In this document: positions 8,722 to 17,782 of the stretch, piece by piece | How positions within the stretch are numbered: the first letter of the stretch is position 1 | How the letters are laid out: the number at the start of each line of letters is the position of its first letter | From: a virus | Direction: 5' to 3' (one strand) | Length of the DNA stretch: 40,772 bases | IMG/VR virus record: IMGVR_UViG_3300045988_051055 | Span: 1-40,772 of that record | The notes under the pieces: generated by a model | Databases searched by the model: none | The model's input: the letters and a program-made list of their open reading frames with translations, nothing else | Told to the model about the DNA's origin: nothing | Program-made: the position numbers and the translations under genes

Positions 8722-8746
8722 GCCGCTCCTTCGGGAGCGGCTTTTT
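8722..8746 (+). terminator. Intrinsic terminator of the TM2 moron (plus-strand specific)
   Basis: GCCGCTCC-TTCG-GGAGCGGC followed by TTTTT. There is no U-tract in the minus orientation. Confidence 0.8.
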
Positions 8747-9203
8747 ATACCTCGACGTGGTATGTCATTTTCATCATGATCTGATGGTCTTCGTCGCCGT
8801 TTTCAAACACATCAAACATCACCGCCCTCGCAACCGGCTCGATGCTTACCACCGTGCGATTCCCCCCAATGTCTGGAAATTGTTTCTTTGCCCATTCCCC
8901 AATTGCATCCAGCACTTCGTCGGCCTTTAGCCGCTTATCTGTGCTGTTTCCAGGTTTGATACGGTAAATCAGCTTGAATTGATACTCCGTATCGTAGTTT
9001 CCGAGAATGTCATAATCAGGCGAATATGAGTTTTGAACCAGAGATAGAGCCATGCCTGGCGTATCTGCCGAAAGCTTGGATTCGTAATCAATCAATGCAA
9101 CGGGTTTGTCTGGGTAAGTATTGAGCCAAACTAAGATTTTCCGATTTAAGTCATCCTGCTCCTGCTTAGAATAAAGCATGATCGGCTTTTCATTTAAACT
9201 CAT
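8745..9203 (-). CDS. Tail terminator-position / minor capsid-family protein (152 aa)
   Basis: Last connector-block gene before the major tail protein. The call rests on synteny. Confidence 0.5.
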   Translation of the reverse strand: MSLNEKPIMLYSKQEQDDLNRKILVWLNTYPDKPVALIDYESKLSADTPGMALSLVQNSYSPDYDILGNYDTEYQFKLIYRIKPGNSTDKRLKADEVLDAIGEWAKKQFPDIGGNRTVVSIEPVARAVMFDVFENGDEDHQIMMKMTYHVEV

Positions 9204-9600
9204 GCCCCGCCGCCTTTCTCGCTACGCGCAACCATTTGCTTTCGTTTTCGGCCTTAGACGCTTCAAACCAGTGGTCGGTTGCCATGCCGTGATGGTCTTG
9301 CCGAAACACAAGGTTCCGGTCAGTCGCAACCTTTGTCCCGCCTTTTGGCGCATATGTACTGCCGGTGTTTGGGTCGACCATGACCTTGCCTTCATAGAGA
9401 AATCTTGCATAAGGTCCCGGATAAACAACAGCTCCGCCATCCACATAGGCCCGATTGGATAGGCCTGCCGCAGCGCCAGACATCGGAACATAGGGAGCCG
9501 TGTCCTTCAAGATTTGCGTGGCAACCACAGTCTCGATTTTTTGACTTGCCCGATCAAGGAAGCCCTTTGGCGTTTTGATTTTTACGCGATATGCAATCAT
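9190..9600 (-). CDS. Head-tail joining protein, HK97 gp10-like / minor-capsid family (136 aa)
   Basis: Start moved to ATG 9600 (GGAGGCAAGTGAA upstream, directly after the upstream stop). Carries a PYARFLYEG-type motif. Confidence 0.55.
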   Translation of the reverse strand: MIAYRVKIKTPKGFLDRASQKIETVVATQILKDTAPYVPMSGAAAGLSNRAYVDGGAVVYPGPYARFLYEGKVMVDPNTGSTYAPKGGTKVATDRNLVFRQDHHGMATDHWFEASKAENESKWLRVARKAAGHEFK

Positions 9601-9601
9601 T

Positions 9602-10051
9602 TCACTTGCCTCCGCATTCCCAATGCTGCATATCTTCGCTGCCAAAGTCCATTGCGTCTACCTTTGTCAGATTCCAGCAGTTATCCTGTGAAAGCGCCAC
9701 ATCTTCCTTGTCGGTGATAAACTCGCCCTTGATGAAAAACGTAACCCCACCGTTGCCGCTGACTGAAAGCGTCCACAGTCCGGTCTTATCTGTAGCACGG
9801 TAAAACTCCTGCGGCCCGACGTATTTCTTTGGCTTACCCGTCGCCCCGTCTATCGCTTCTACGGAAAACGGGATATACAGGTTGACCGCATCCGCGCCCT
9901 CTAACCCGGTCTTGCGCACATTTGCGCCCTTTGACGCTTCACACAGCACGCCGCGTAAAATCGTGACGTAGAGCTTAGTAACGTCCTTAAACGTTGCCGG
10001 ATCGGTTTCCTTGACGGAGTTGTAGATCGTTACAGTGTGGGGAGCGTACAT
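9602..10051 (-). CDS. Head closure / stopper-position protein (149 aa)
   Basis: GGGGAGGTG RBS. Position between the adaptor and the gp10-like gene. Confidence 0.55.
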   Translation of the reverse strand: MYAPHTVTIYNSVKETDPATFKDVTKLYVTILRGVLCEASKGANVRKTGLEGADAVNLYIPFSVEAIDGATGKPKKYVGPQEFYRATDKTGLWTLSVSGNGGVTFFIKGEFITDKEDVALSQDNCWNLTKVDAMDFGSEDMQHWECGGK

Positions 10052-10461
10052 TTGCAGTCACCTCCCCGATACAAAAGTCCGGTATGCGCCAGATACTCAT
10101 TGCACAGATTTGCAAGCATTTGTTTACTGGTGCTTACTGCATCCAGCACAGACTTTGCCGCTTCGCCACCGGTCGTAAGTGTGCGGGAATAGCTGCCTAC
10201 CGATTCGCTCTTGGTTTCCGGGTCGCCTGCATTGGCAAGGCTTTTTGTCGCCGCCTTCTGCGCCGCATCCAGCAAAGCGTACTGGTCGATCAACGCACAG
10301 CAGCACATCTTCACCGCGTCCAAATCGGCGTGACTTTCAGCCTTCCCCATCGTGTAGTAGTCGAGGAAGGAGCTGGCCCGAACAGCCAGACGCGGAAAAT
10401 CTCCCTCGCTCACAGAACCCACATAGATTCCGGCGTAGTATGCATAATCAGCGTATGTCAT
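10030..10461 (-). CDS. Head-tail adaptor (gp6-like head-tail connector family) (143 aa)
   Basis: First gene after the major capsid gene. Tyr-rich N-terminus MTYADYAYYAGIY is typical of the family. AAAGGAG RBS. Confidence 0.65.
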   Translation of the reverse strand: MTYADYAYYAGIYVGSVSEGDFPRLAVRASSFLDYYTMGKAESHADLDAVKMCCCALIDQYALLDAAQKAATKSLANAGDPETKSESVGSYSRTLTTGGEAAKSVLDAVSTSKQMLANLCNEYLAHTGLLYRGGDCKCTLPTL

Positions 10462-10481
10462 ACGGGTCAGCTCCTTTCATA

Positions 10482-11480
10482 TCAGGCCGTTGCCTTCGGC
10501 TTAAGAACAATGCCGTTCAGCGCGGCAGCTTTCAGCGTATTCTTAAGCACAACACCGGCCACGAGTTCGACTTCGCCAGTCTTGACCGCGCCGGGCGCGT
10601 TCATATCGGGCATATAGCTGGAAATGACGCTATTCCCAGTCGGAGAAATGCCGTGGAAGCCGTCAAGCCCGATGCTTACTGCGTAAATGCTGGAAGTACC
10701 GGCAACGGACGTGCTCGGCGCAGAAGTGCCGATAACGTCAACAGACGCAGAGCCGTTGTAATACTTGCCCATATCCATAAGCGGAATGCCGGCAAAGGTT
10801 TCCACAGTCTGGCCGAAGTCGTTCTTTGCGCGCTCGTAATAGCCAGCACGGCGAGCGGCGGCACGAACCTTAAGCAGCATATCGCCGTTCATCATCAGCA
10901 TGGAGACATTGCCATCCACAGCGTGAACAAGCTGGTCGAGCTGGTCGACAAAGGCGTTGCTGTTGCTGTCCAGCTTAGAAGCGTCGGACAGGTCGATATC
11001 GGTGGTAAACTCGTTGGAGCTGCCGTCAAGCAGCTTGCGCAGGCCGTCAAAGGTGTTGACAACATAGCCGGAACCGGAAGATGCCGCAACACCGTTGATG
11101 ACGGCATTGTGGAAGGTATTCCGAGTTGCCTTGATCTTTTCCGCCGCCTGGAACGCAAGCTCATCCACCGCGCCAGAAGTGTTCTGAAGAACACGGTCGA
11201 CCGCGAAGGAGCCGCCCATGATGATGGCCTTTGCGGTCTTCTCAACGCGCTTGGCCTCGTTAGCGGTGTACTCGCTGTTAATAGCGCGGACCGCAGCGGT
11301 GGAGGGGGTCTTGAGCTGAATGTACCCATAGGTCAGGGTGGAACCGCCGGTGCCCGGAGAGATGGCGTTATCAAATACCAGTCTGTCCAGCAGCAGAGAA
11401 CTGCGGCGAAATTCGTCGACGATCATCTGGTCGACCTTGTCGGCCATGCCGACTTTAGCTTCAGCAAGAGTAATAGCCAT
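10482..11480 (-). CDS. Major capsid protein (332 aa)
   Basis: Follows the scaffold gene; size and sequence fit a Firmicutes siphovirus major capsid. AAGGAG RBS. Confidence 0.9.
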   Translation of the reverse strand: MAITLAEAKVGMADKVDQMIVDEFRRSSLLLDRLVFDNAISPGTGGSTLTYGYIQLKTPSTAAVRAINSEYTANEAKRVEKTAKAIIMGGSFAVDRVLQNTSGAVDELAFQAAEKIKATRNTFHNAVINGVAASSGSGYVVNTFDGLRKLLDGSSNEFTTDIDLSDASKLDSNSNAFVDQLDQLVHAVDGNVSMLMMNGDMLLKVRAAARRAGYYERAKNDFGQTVETFAGIPLMDMGKYYNGSASVDVIGTSAPSTSVAGTSSIYAVSIGLDGFHGISPTGNSVISSYMPDMNAPGAVKTGEVELVAGVVLKNTLKAAALNGIVLKPKATA

Positions 11481-11495
11481 GTGTAAAAATCTCCT

Positions 11496-12062
11496 TTATT
11501 TGTCGTATTTTTCGTGGAGCGCACTGGCTAAGGTTGTGGGCTTGTCTTCGTGCTGTCCACCTTCAAGAGAACCTTGCGTGTCAACACGCGCCCCCGATTT
11601 AACAAATGCGCTCGGGTCTTCGGACTTTGCTTTCTCAAGATACTTATCGAACCCATCCAAAGCGCCGTCCTTCATTTCGAGCTTGCTGTCTCCGATACCC
11701 GCGCGGAAAGCCTTTTCCGCAGACTTGGAGGAAAACTTCACGCCGCTGTCGGCAATCGCCTTGTCAATGGCGGTCTGATAATCCCGCTGTGCAAGCTGTG
11801 CTTTGTACGCTTCGGTTTCCTTGTCGTACTTGCCCTGCAGCTCATCCAGCTTTTCCTGGATTTTGGCAGCGTCACCGCTGGTCTTTTTCAGCTCCGCGAT
11901 GTCCTTATCTCGGTCTGCGACCTGCTGTTCCAATGCGTCCTTGTCCGCCTTCGCGTCCTCTGCGGCTTTCTTGTGCTTCTCGATGTCCTTGCCGTTCATG
12001 GCAAAAACCTTTTCCGCCTGCTCTTCCGTCAGGCCGATGTTCAACAGCTCTTCTTTCTTCAT
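11496..12062 (-). CDS. Scaffolding protein (GP20-like) (188 aa)
   Basis: Highly charged K/E/D/A coiled-coil sequence upstream of the capsid gene. ATG at 12062 lies 6 nt after AAGGAG; the track start at 12068 is a TTG. Confidence 0.8.
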   Translation of the reverse strand: MKKEELLNIGLTEEQAEKVFAMNGKDIEKHKKAAEDAKADKDALEQQVADRDKDIAELKKTSGDAAKIQEKLDELQGKYDKETEAYKAQLAQRDYQTAIDKAIADSGVKFSSKSAEKAFRAGIGDSKLEMKDGALDGFDKYLEKAKSEDPSAFVKSGARVDTQGSLEGGQHEDKPTTLASALHEKYDK

Positions 12063-12217
12063 GTTCAACTCCTTACGGGATAGGCTTTTTAGGTCGTTGC
12101 CGTGACCGCCCCGCCTGCACTTTTAGGCTTGCAGATAGCCAATTTTGTATAAAATCCGCACACGCGGTTTTTACTGAAAAAACAAAGTCAACTAACACGC
12201 ACGATTTTTGTTGTCGA

Positions 12218-13393
12218 TCAATACAGCACCTTCATTCTCTCCCGCTGCTCCGGCAGCCCTGCCGCCGCGCTGAACGCCTTGTACTTTGCATTCAGGCGGC
12301 GCAGCTTGATATTTACGGCCTGTTCCTCGTCTGTCAGCCCTGCGGCGTTGTACGCTGTTTTCTCACGCTTGAGCTTGCGTATGGTGCGCTCCACCTTGCG
12401 CTGCTCCTGCGTGGCCTCGTATGCCGTATAGGTCTTGCCCTCAAACGTACAGCCCAAACCATCGTCGATATGCTCAAGCTGTTCGTCATTGTATGTGCGC
12501 TCACTTACGCCCTCCACCCAGGGGAAACGGCGGTGCCGGCAGTTGGCTCCTTCCAGCCCATCGACAGCGCCAAGGCCGCACACTTCGTATATGTTCGGGT
12601 AAATGTCCCCAGCGCGAATGCTGTACACTTTGCCTTGCCAGTCCTTATGGCTTGACCACGGTGACCGCCCCGGCACATCACGCGCCCCGGCGTGGGCAGA
12701 CACTTCATAATACGGCGTTTCCAGGTATTCCGCCGCTTGCTCCGTGTACTTACTGCACAACTGCGATACGCCTGTCATTACGGCGCGGCGTGCAGCTACA
12801 TCTACATAGTCACGGTGTCCGCTCTCATAGTCCACTACCCGCAGGCCACCGCTTGCAAGCTGCCTAACTGCGTCTTTGATGGCTTGCCCATAAGAGATAG
12901 CCCCGCTTTCTACTTTCAACGTAGCGGCATCTAAGGCCCACTGGTAAGCCTTTGCGGGAGGCAGCATCGTCCGCCCTGCGTCTACCAAGAACCCCATCGA
13001 AGCGGTGATGTTTCGGAACACGTCCCGCGTTTGCCGTTTAATGGCGTCAATGGTGGTTGCATCCACCAGCACGTCAGGCTGTGTTACACGGGCAAGGTCT
13101 ATGACTTCGGTGTAATACTTTTGATTGCGCTCCACCACATCGTCTATCAGCTCGTTTAGCTTTTTCTCGCTGATGCCGGCAGTCTGGCGTATAGCCTTCT
13201 CAATCTCTTTCAGATCGATGCCGTGTGACCGCAGCGCCTTTATGTCCTGGACTGTAACCTCGTTCAGCTCGTCCTGCAGCTTCAGCCGGGAACATATCTC
13301 CATCAGCAGGGTGTCCTCAAGGCCTCGGTACAACTCCGCCAGTTCTTCCGGCATGGTATCCAAAACAGAAGGGGAGAATGGGTATTTCGGCAC
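12218..13393 (-). CDS. Head morphogenesis / minor capsid protein (SPP1 gp7 / Mu F-like) (391 aa), GTG start
   Basis: Lies immediately after the portal gene. GTG at 13393 follows GAGGTGA. The C-terminal CRHRRFPW region is typical of MuF-like proteins. Confidence 0.8.
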   Translation of the reverse strand: MPKYPFSPSVLDTMPEELAELYRGLEDTLLMEICSRLKLQDELNEVTVQDIKALRSHGIDLKEIEKAIRQTAGISEKKLNELIDDVVERNQKYYTEVIDLARVTQPDVLVDATTIDAIKRQTRDVFRNITASMGFLVDAGRTMLPPAKAYQWALDAATLKVESGAISYGQAIKDAVRQLASGGLRVVDYESGHRDYVDVAARRAVMTGVSQLCSKYTEQAAEYLETPYYEVSAHAGARDVPGRSPWSSHKDWQGKVYSIRAGDIYPNIYEVCGLGAVDGLEGANCRHRRFPWVEGVSERTYNDEQLEHIDDGLGCTFEGKTYTAYEATQEQRKVERTIRKLKREKTAYNAAGLTDEEQAVNIKLRRLNAKYKAFSAAAGLPEQRERMKVLY

Positions 13394-13404
13394 TGCCCGT
13401 CACC

Positions 13405-14835
13405 TCACTCCACTTCGTTCTGCTGCTCCGTGGTCATGTCCTGCATCTTTGGCAAAGCCGACTTTGCAGTCTCTTCATCCTCATTAAACCAGCGCATACG
13501 GAACTCCCAATCATTCATAATTCCGGCGTTCAGCATTTGCACGTCCCGCTGGAAGTCCGTGTCTTTTGACTCAATGATGCTGTCATCAAAGTCGATGGAT
13601 ATCTCCACATCCTCATTCAGCCCAGCATTCATGGCCGTGTTGCCCAGCCGAAGCAGAATGCGGCACAGCTCCACGAGAGCCTGCTCGAGCACAATCTCAT
13701 GCTTCTTAATCGTGCGGAACATGGTAGAGTTTTCGCTGATGACCTGTGTGGCAGTTGCTACGCTGCCACCGTCAAAGCGGTAATAGGTCTCGCCGAAGCC
13801 GCACTTGCTGGAAAGGATATTGAGCTGATCCTGAATGCCTGTGTTGTGCTCCGCCGTCCGCAATGTCATATCAATTGGCGTAATAACCGCACCGTCGTTT
13901 ACGTCCTCCGGAAGAGCGTAAAACGCGACGTCGTTTGGATCAAATACAGGCTCTCCGTCAAGGTACTTCGTTGCGGCTGGTTTCACCATAATGCGCTTTT
14001 TACCGAGCTTGAACTCATTGACGTAGCTATCATAAGCAATATCCACGCCCTGCATTACGTCGATAGCATTTGCATAAACCGAAACGCCGGTTGGAAGCAA
14101 ATAGTTGAAGTTATTCGCAATGTTTGGTCTGTCAATGACAAATTGGCGCTTATCGCTTCCGGTATGTACAACCGGAGGGATGCGCTCAAAGCCCTTAACA
14201 TTGGTCAGCGCTTCGTCTGCAAGTTGCTCATTATCATACCGATAAATGCGGTTCTCAATGACGTATTCGCCGCTGTCCTCTTTGCGATGAATTTGCAGAT
14301 AGAGGTAATCGCGCCCGCCCCTTGTAACTACAGAGGAAAACGCGCACTCGCTGATATATCCGTTCTGCCATGCCAACGGGTAGATATTTTCGATGGTCAC
14401 ATAGTCCAGCACAATGCCGGAGGCGTTGCCTGGTACGATCTCGCCGCTCTCGTTGACCTCCTGCCCCACCACGCGGGGAATGTATGCCACCGTGCCAAGC
14501 GCGGACTTCATTTCCTGCATCTCGTTTGCCTTGACGGCAAAATTGTTCTCCGTCAAGATGCGGTCAATAAACTCCTGCTCCTTATTCCCTTCAAGCGTTA
14601 TCTGCACCTTCTCGTTCATGAGCAGATTCGCCCAATCCTCGCACAGCTTCTTTCCCATTCCAAGGGAATACCGCTTGCAATTGACCATGCTTTCACCGTT
14701 ACGGACGCGGTAATTGTGGAATCCTTTTACATTGCCCTGATACCAGCTTTTCCACTCCGCAACCTTGCTGTAAAACGATTCAGAGATCGTGGTATAGCCA
14801 AGCTCGTTAAGTTTTAAGATAACTGCATTGCTCAT
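13405..14835 (-). CDS. Portal protein (476 aa)
   Basis: Size, position after the terminase genes, and SPP1/A118-type portal-like sequence. Confidence 0.9.
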   Translation of the reverse strand: MSNAVILKLNELGYTTISESFYSKVAEWKSWYQGNVKGFHNYRVRNGESMVNCKRYSLGMGKKLCEDWANLLMNEKVQITLEGNKEQEFIDRILTENNFAVKANEMQEMKSALGTVAYIPRVVGQEVNESGEIVPGNASGIVLDYVTIENIYPLAWQNGYISECAFSSVVTRGGRDYLYLQIHRKEDSGEYVIENRIYRYDNEQLADEALTNVKGFERIPPVVHTGSDKRQFVIDRPNIANNFNYLLPTGVSVYANAIDVMQGVDIAYDSYVNEFKLGKKRIMVKPAATKYLDGEPVFDPNDVAFYALPEDVNDGAVITPIDMTLRTAEHNTGIQDQLNILSSKCGFGETYYRFDGGSVATATQVISENSTMFRTIKKHEIVLEQALVELCRILLRLGNTAMNAGLNEDVEISIDFDDSIIESKDTDFQRDVQMLNAGIMNDWEFRMRWFNEDEETAKSALPKMQDMTTEQQNEVE

Positions 14836-15290
14836 ATCATGCTACCCCAATATCTTAATTCTCCGTCTTTTCTCGCTTCCGCAGCCTCTGCCAATGTATT
14901 AAATATCCCCAGATGTATTTTTTTGCTGTCAACGTAAATCGTGGCTCTATATTTCCCATTCTCCATATGAACCCCGTTTACTCCCGTTTTGTTTATCTTT
15001 TCAATTCTTTTGTTTCTTGCCTGTTGTGTGTACGTTGCCCACCTGCAATTATCAGGCGTATAATCCCCGTTCACAGAAATCCTGTCAATTGTCAGATTAT
15101 CGGCATATCCATTTTCGAGTGCCCACTTGATAAACGCAATTGAAGAGTTATTCCACTCGCAACACACGCAAATCCCGCGACCACCATAAGCCGCATAATC
15201 TTTGTCGTTCGGGTTATTGCAGCGTTGCCGTATCCCTTGCCATATTTTATAAATCCTTGGGTGCCGCTTTTTAATGCCAAGTTTACGCAA
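14832..15290 (-). CDS. HNH-type homing-endonuclease-like protein with C-terminal AP2 DNA-binding domain (152 aa), TTG start
   Basis: YAAYGGRGICVCCEW...LTIDRISVNGDYTPDNCRWAT (HNH-like core) followed by GVNGVHMENGKYRATIYVDSKKIHLGIFNTLAEAAEARK (AP2). AT-rich island wedged between terL and portal with overlaps at both ends. Confidence 0.75.
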   Translation of the reverse strand: MRKLGIKKRHPRIYKIWQGIRQRCNNPNDKDYAAYGGRGICVCCEWNNSSIAFIKWALENGYADNLTIDRISVNGDYTPDNCRWATYTQQARNKRIEKINKTGVNGVHMENGKYRATIYVDSKKIHLGIFNTLAEAAEARKDGELRYWGSMI

Positions 15291-16524
15291 TTACGCCCAT
15301 CCTCCTATACAGCGGTTCCAGACCATACCGCGCAGCAGAAATGCAGTGGTCATTTGCGTCTGGGTAGCCGCTAATAATATCGCCATCTTTATTGCGCTCA
15401 TACTCATAGCTCACAAACTCATCGCAAGCGTGAGGCGTTCGCCGCCTATCAATTACGATTTTTGAGCGCCGCGCAAGGTATTTCATTGAATAATCCAAAG
15501 ATCCCGGCCCTTTTACCGCGCCTTTTGCGGGCAGACCCATTGCCCGGTAATCTGCAACGCTTTTAGGCTCCGCACTATCGCAAATAATGTAAGCGTCTGT
15601 ATACCCTTTATTGAGTATCCATTGCGCGGTTTCTGCATTGCTTTTCTTGTGGCAATAATATTCATCAAGAAAATACAGCGTGTTCCGTGCGCTGTCATAC
15701 GCCATACGCAAAAAAGCAAATGCATCTGGATAATACCCATAGTCAACGCCCTGATAAATGCGGTCGAAGTGCGACATTTCCTTGTCGGTGATTTCTCTCA
15801 GTTCCAAATTTTCAAACACATTGCCACCCGTGCCGACCGGAATGCCGAGGTATTCGTGCTGATATGCACGCTCGTCCGTCTCTTTGAGGTGTTCCGCTTC
15901 TGCAAGAAACTGTTCTCCCAGCCACTCAGGCGGCGCTTGCAGATACGTTGACTTGTGGCACAGGCGGTCATCGCGTTCCTCCAAGCTGTCCTTGTTTGCC
16001 CAGTTGTCGCGCGAAATCGGCGGGTTGTAGCTCTCAAAATTCCAGAACATCGAGCCGCCGCGCATGGTCGACTGCAAGATCGTTCGTATCTCCGCACGTC
16101 CAGCAAACTGGTCTTTTTCCTCAAAGTGCGTCACGGCGATATAGCCAAACGGTACTTTGATAGACTTGATCTTCATCGGGTCGTCAGCGCCGCGAAACAT
16201 GATCTTCTGCCCGGTCGGCTTATAGATCAGCTCCATCGGGGAGACCTTTGCTTCCCAATACGCCGCCATGCCCAGTTCACCGATTGCCCAGATATACTGC
16301 GCATACACGCTATCGCGGATCGTATTTGCCACCTTGCGCAGCACGAGCGCGTGCGTGCCTGGATTGTTTATTAGCAGCAGGGGGACGAGCACAGACACCG
16401 TGGACGACTTCAGCGAACCTCTCCCGCCGCTAAAATCGTAGTGCGTGTGCCCATGATGAAACACATCGTGAGCCACATCGTAAAAAGCCGAGCCGATTTT
16501 TTCTGACAAGAGAATATCAGACAT
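15283..16524 (-). CDS. terL: Terminase large subunit (PBSX-type) (413 aa)
   Basis: Walker A-like GGRGSLKSS and a nuclease C-terminus. ATG at 16524 lies 6 nt after AAGGTGG and overlaps the terS stop. Confidence 0.9.
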   Translation of the reverse strand: MSDILLSEKIGSAFYDVAHDVFHHGHTHYDFSGGRGSLKSSTVSVLVPLLLINNPGTHALVLRKVANTIRDSVYAQYIWAIGELGMAAYWEAKVSPMELIYKPTGQKIMFRGADDPMKIKSIKVPFGYIAVTHFEEKDQFAGRAEIRTILQSTMRGGSMFWNFESYNPPISRDNWANKDSLEERDDRLCHKSTYLQAPPEWLGEQFLAEAEHLKETDERAYQHEYLGIPVGTGGNVFENLELREITDKEMSHFDRIYQGVDYGYYPDAFAFLRMAYDSARNTLYFLDEYYCHKKSNAETAQWILNKGYTDAYIICDSAEPKSVADYRAMGLPAKGAVKGPGSLDYSMKYLARRSKIVIDRRRTPHACDEFVSYEYERNKDGDIISGYPDANDHCISAARYGLEPLYRRMGVIA

Positions 16525-16927
16525 CAATAACCACCTTGACGGAATCCGTGCTTATTTTTGTCTCGTTCATTTCACGCCACCCAAAATTACAGCCAAGCGA
16601 GAATTTCGCGCCGTTCGCACCGTCTTTGTCGTAGAGCCGAGATTCGGCATATTCTTCACATCTGGACTTTGCGCGCGTAACCGTGTCCGCAAACTCTGGC
16701 CTTGCTTGATAATCAATCAGCGCCTGCCGCCCTGTGAACCCAAGCGACAGCGCCAGCCCTGTTACCGTCGGCGGCTTTTCGTCTAAAATAATCGGCCTTC
16801 CGTATTTATCTGTGGCAACATTGCCGTCAATCATAAGCGGTGTTCCTTTGCAGCTCTCAAAGTAAGCGTCAATAGCTTCCTGCATTGCCTTTACGCTTTT
16901 CCATTTTCTTGGCGCTCCGCCAGCCAT
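16517..16927 (-). CDS. terS: Terminase small subunit (136 aa)
   Basis: PPTVTGLALSLGFTGRQALIDY HTH followed by NFGWRE, typical of small-terminase families. Lies directly upstream of terL. Confidence 0.8.
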   Translation of the reverse strand: MAGGAPRKWKSVKAMQEAIDAYFESCKGTPLMIDGNVATDKYGRPIILDEKPPTVTGLALSLGFTGRQALIDYQARPEFADTVTRAKSRCEEYAESRLYDKDGANGAKFSLGCNFGWREMNETKISTDSVKVVIDV

Positions 16928-17189
16928 ACGCTCACTCCCTTTCGTTTTGCTACCAGCCCCCGCCCCTTGGCCTTACATAGCAGACTTTACCCGCCCCGAA
17001 GGGCACATCTGGTACGGCATTGCAGCCCTGCCCTGCTTTAGCGCTTCAGCCATCATTCGGCGTCACTCGCTGTGGTCTCCCCTTACGGGGCGCCTATGCC
17101 GCATAAAGCAGAGGCGTGAAGAGCCTCGCCCCATCACGCCTCTATTTTTGCATAGGTTTTTCTTATTTTTCCCCTTAAAAGGGGAATTT
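16928..17189 (-). promoter_or_regulatory. Structured 262-nt leader/intergenic region upstream of terS (late promoter / pac-proximal region candidate)
   Basis: No ORF. Nested hairpins: CCTATGC...GCATAGG enclosing AGAGGCGTGA...TCACGCCTCT, plus CCCC-GTAA-GGGG, GCCC-TTCG-GGGC and CCCCTTTTAAGGGG. Confidence 0.4.
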
Positions 17190-17429
17190 TCAAAATTTTT
17201 TTAGATAATCGTCCACGGTCATCGGATTATCCGTCCTTCCGAGCAGATAATCGACCGACACCCCGAATTTGTCGGCAATGCTTTCCAATGCGTCCGTTGT
17301 GGGCGTAGCCTCCCCCGCCTCGTACCGCCTCACCGCGTCACGGTGCAAGCCGCACAGTTCAGATAGGACATATTGCTTTATTCTCTTTCTCTCCCGCAAG
17401 CGCTTCAAGCGCTCGGGAAACGCGTTCAT
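17190..17429 (-). CDS. XRE-family HTH protein (79 aa)
   Basis: Start moved to ATG 17429 (GGAGGAGG upstream, ATGA coupling). Sequence MNAFPERLKRLRERKRIKQYVLSELCGLHRDAVRRYEAGEATP...DYLLGRTDNP. Confidence 0.75.
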   Translation of the reverse strand: MNAFPERLKRLRERKRIKQYVLSELCGLHRDAVRRYEAGEATPTTDALESIADKFGVSVDYLLGRTDNPMTVDDYLKKF

Positions 17430-17596
17430 GCCAGCACCTCCTCCGGGTCGATGGTATGCTGATTGTTCCCCGACAGCCACCACCAGATGTTGCTTTTGGA
17501 AATGCCTACCGCCTCGGCAAGCTGGCGGCGCGTGTACTGCCGCTCGCAGAAAACCTTTTTCAGCGCCGGATAGACACAATAGGGAAATTCGATCAT
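17426..17596 (-). CDS. Small HTH-like protein (56 aa)
   Basis: ATG at 17596 follows GGAGGGTGGGGAG. RRQLAEAVGISKSNIWWWLSG is an HTH-like segment. Confidence 0.55.
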   Translation of the reverse strand: MIEFPYCVYPALKKVFCERQYTRRQLAEAVGISKSNIWWWLSGNNQHTIDPEEVLA

Positions 17597-17781
17597 TTTC
17601 TCCCCACCCTCCGTTTGTATCGGTCTTTTGACCTCTGAATGTAATTGATCATCGCGCTTTCTTCGGCTATGCTGGCCGTTTCGTTGCTTTTTGCCTCTTT
17701 CTTTTCTTTCAGCCACGCAGCGTATCGCTCACAGGTCGAATGACAGCCGACGTGCCGCTCCTGACAGTTAAAGCAGCTCAT
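17593..17781 (-). CDS. Small Cys-rich protein (62 aa)
   Basis: ATG at 17781 follows GAGGTGGG. Sequence begins MSCFNCQERHVGCHSTCERY. Confidence 0.5.
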   Translation of the reverse strand: MSCFNCQERHVGCHSTCERYAAWLKEKKEAKSNETASIAEESAMINYIQRSKDRYKRRVGRK

Positions 17782-17782
17782 A

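Noticed and set aside
10179-12655. Long plus-strand ORFs antisense to the capsid, scaffold and MuF genes (10179..11486, 435 aa; 11606..12655, 349 aa).
   Set aside because: These are shadow ORFs of strongly supported minus-strand genes, with low-complexity or Arg/Ser/Pro-rich products and no start context.
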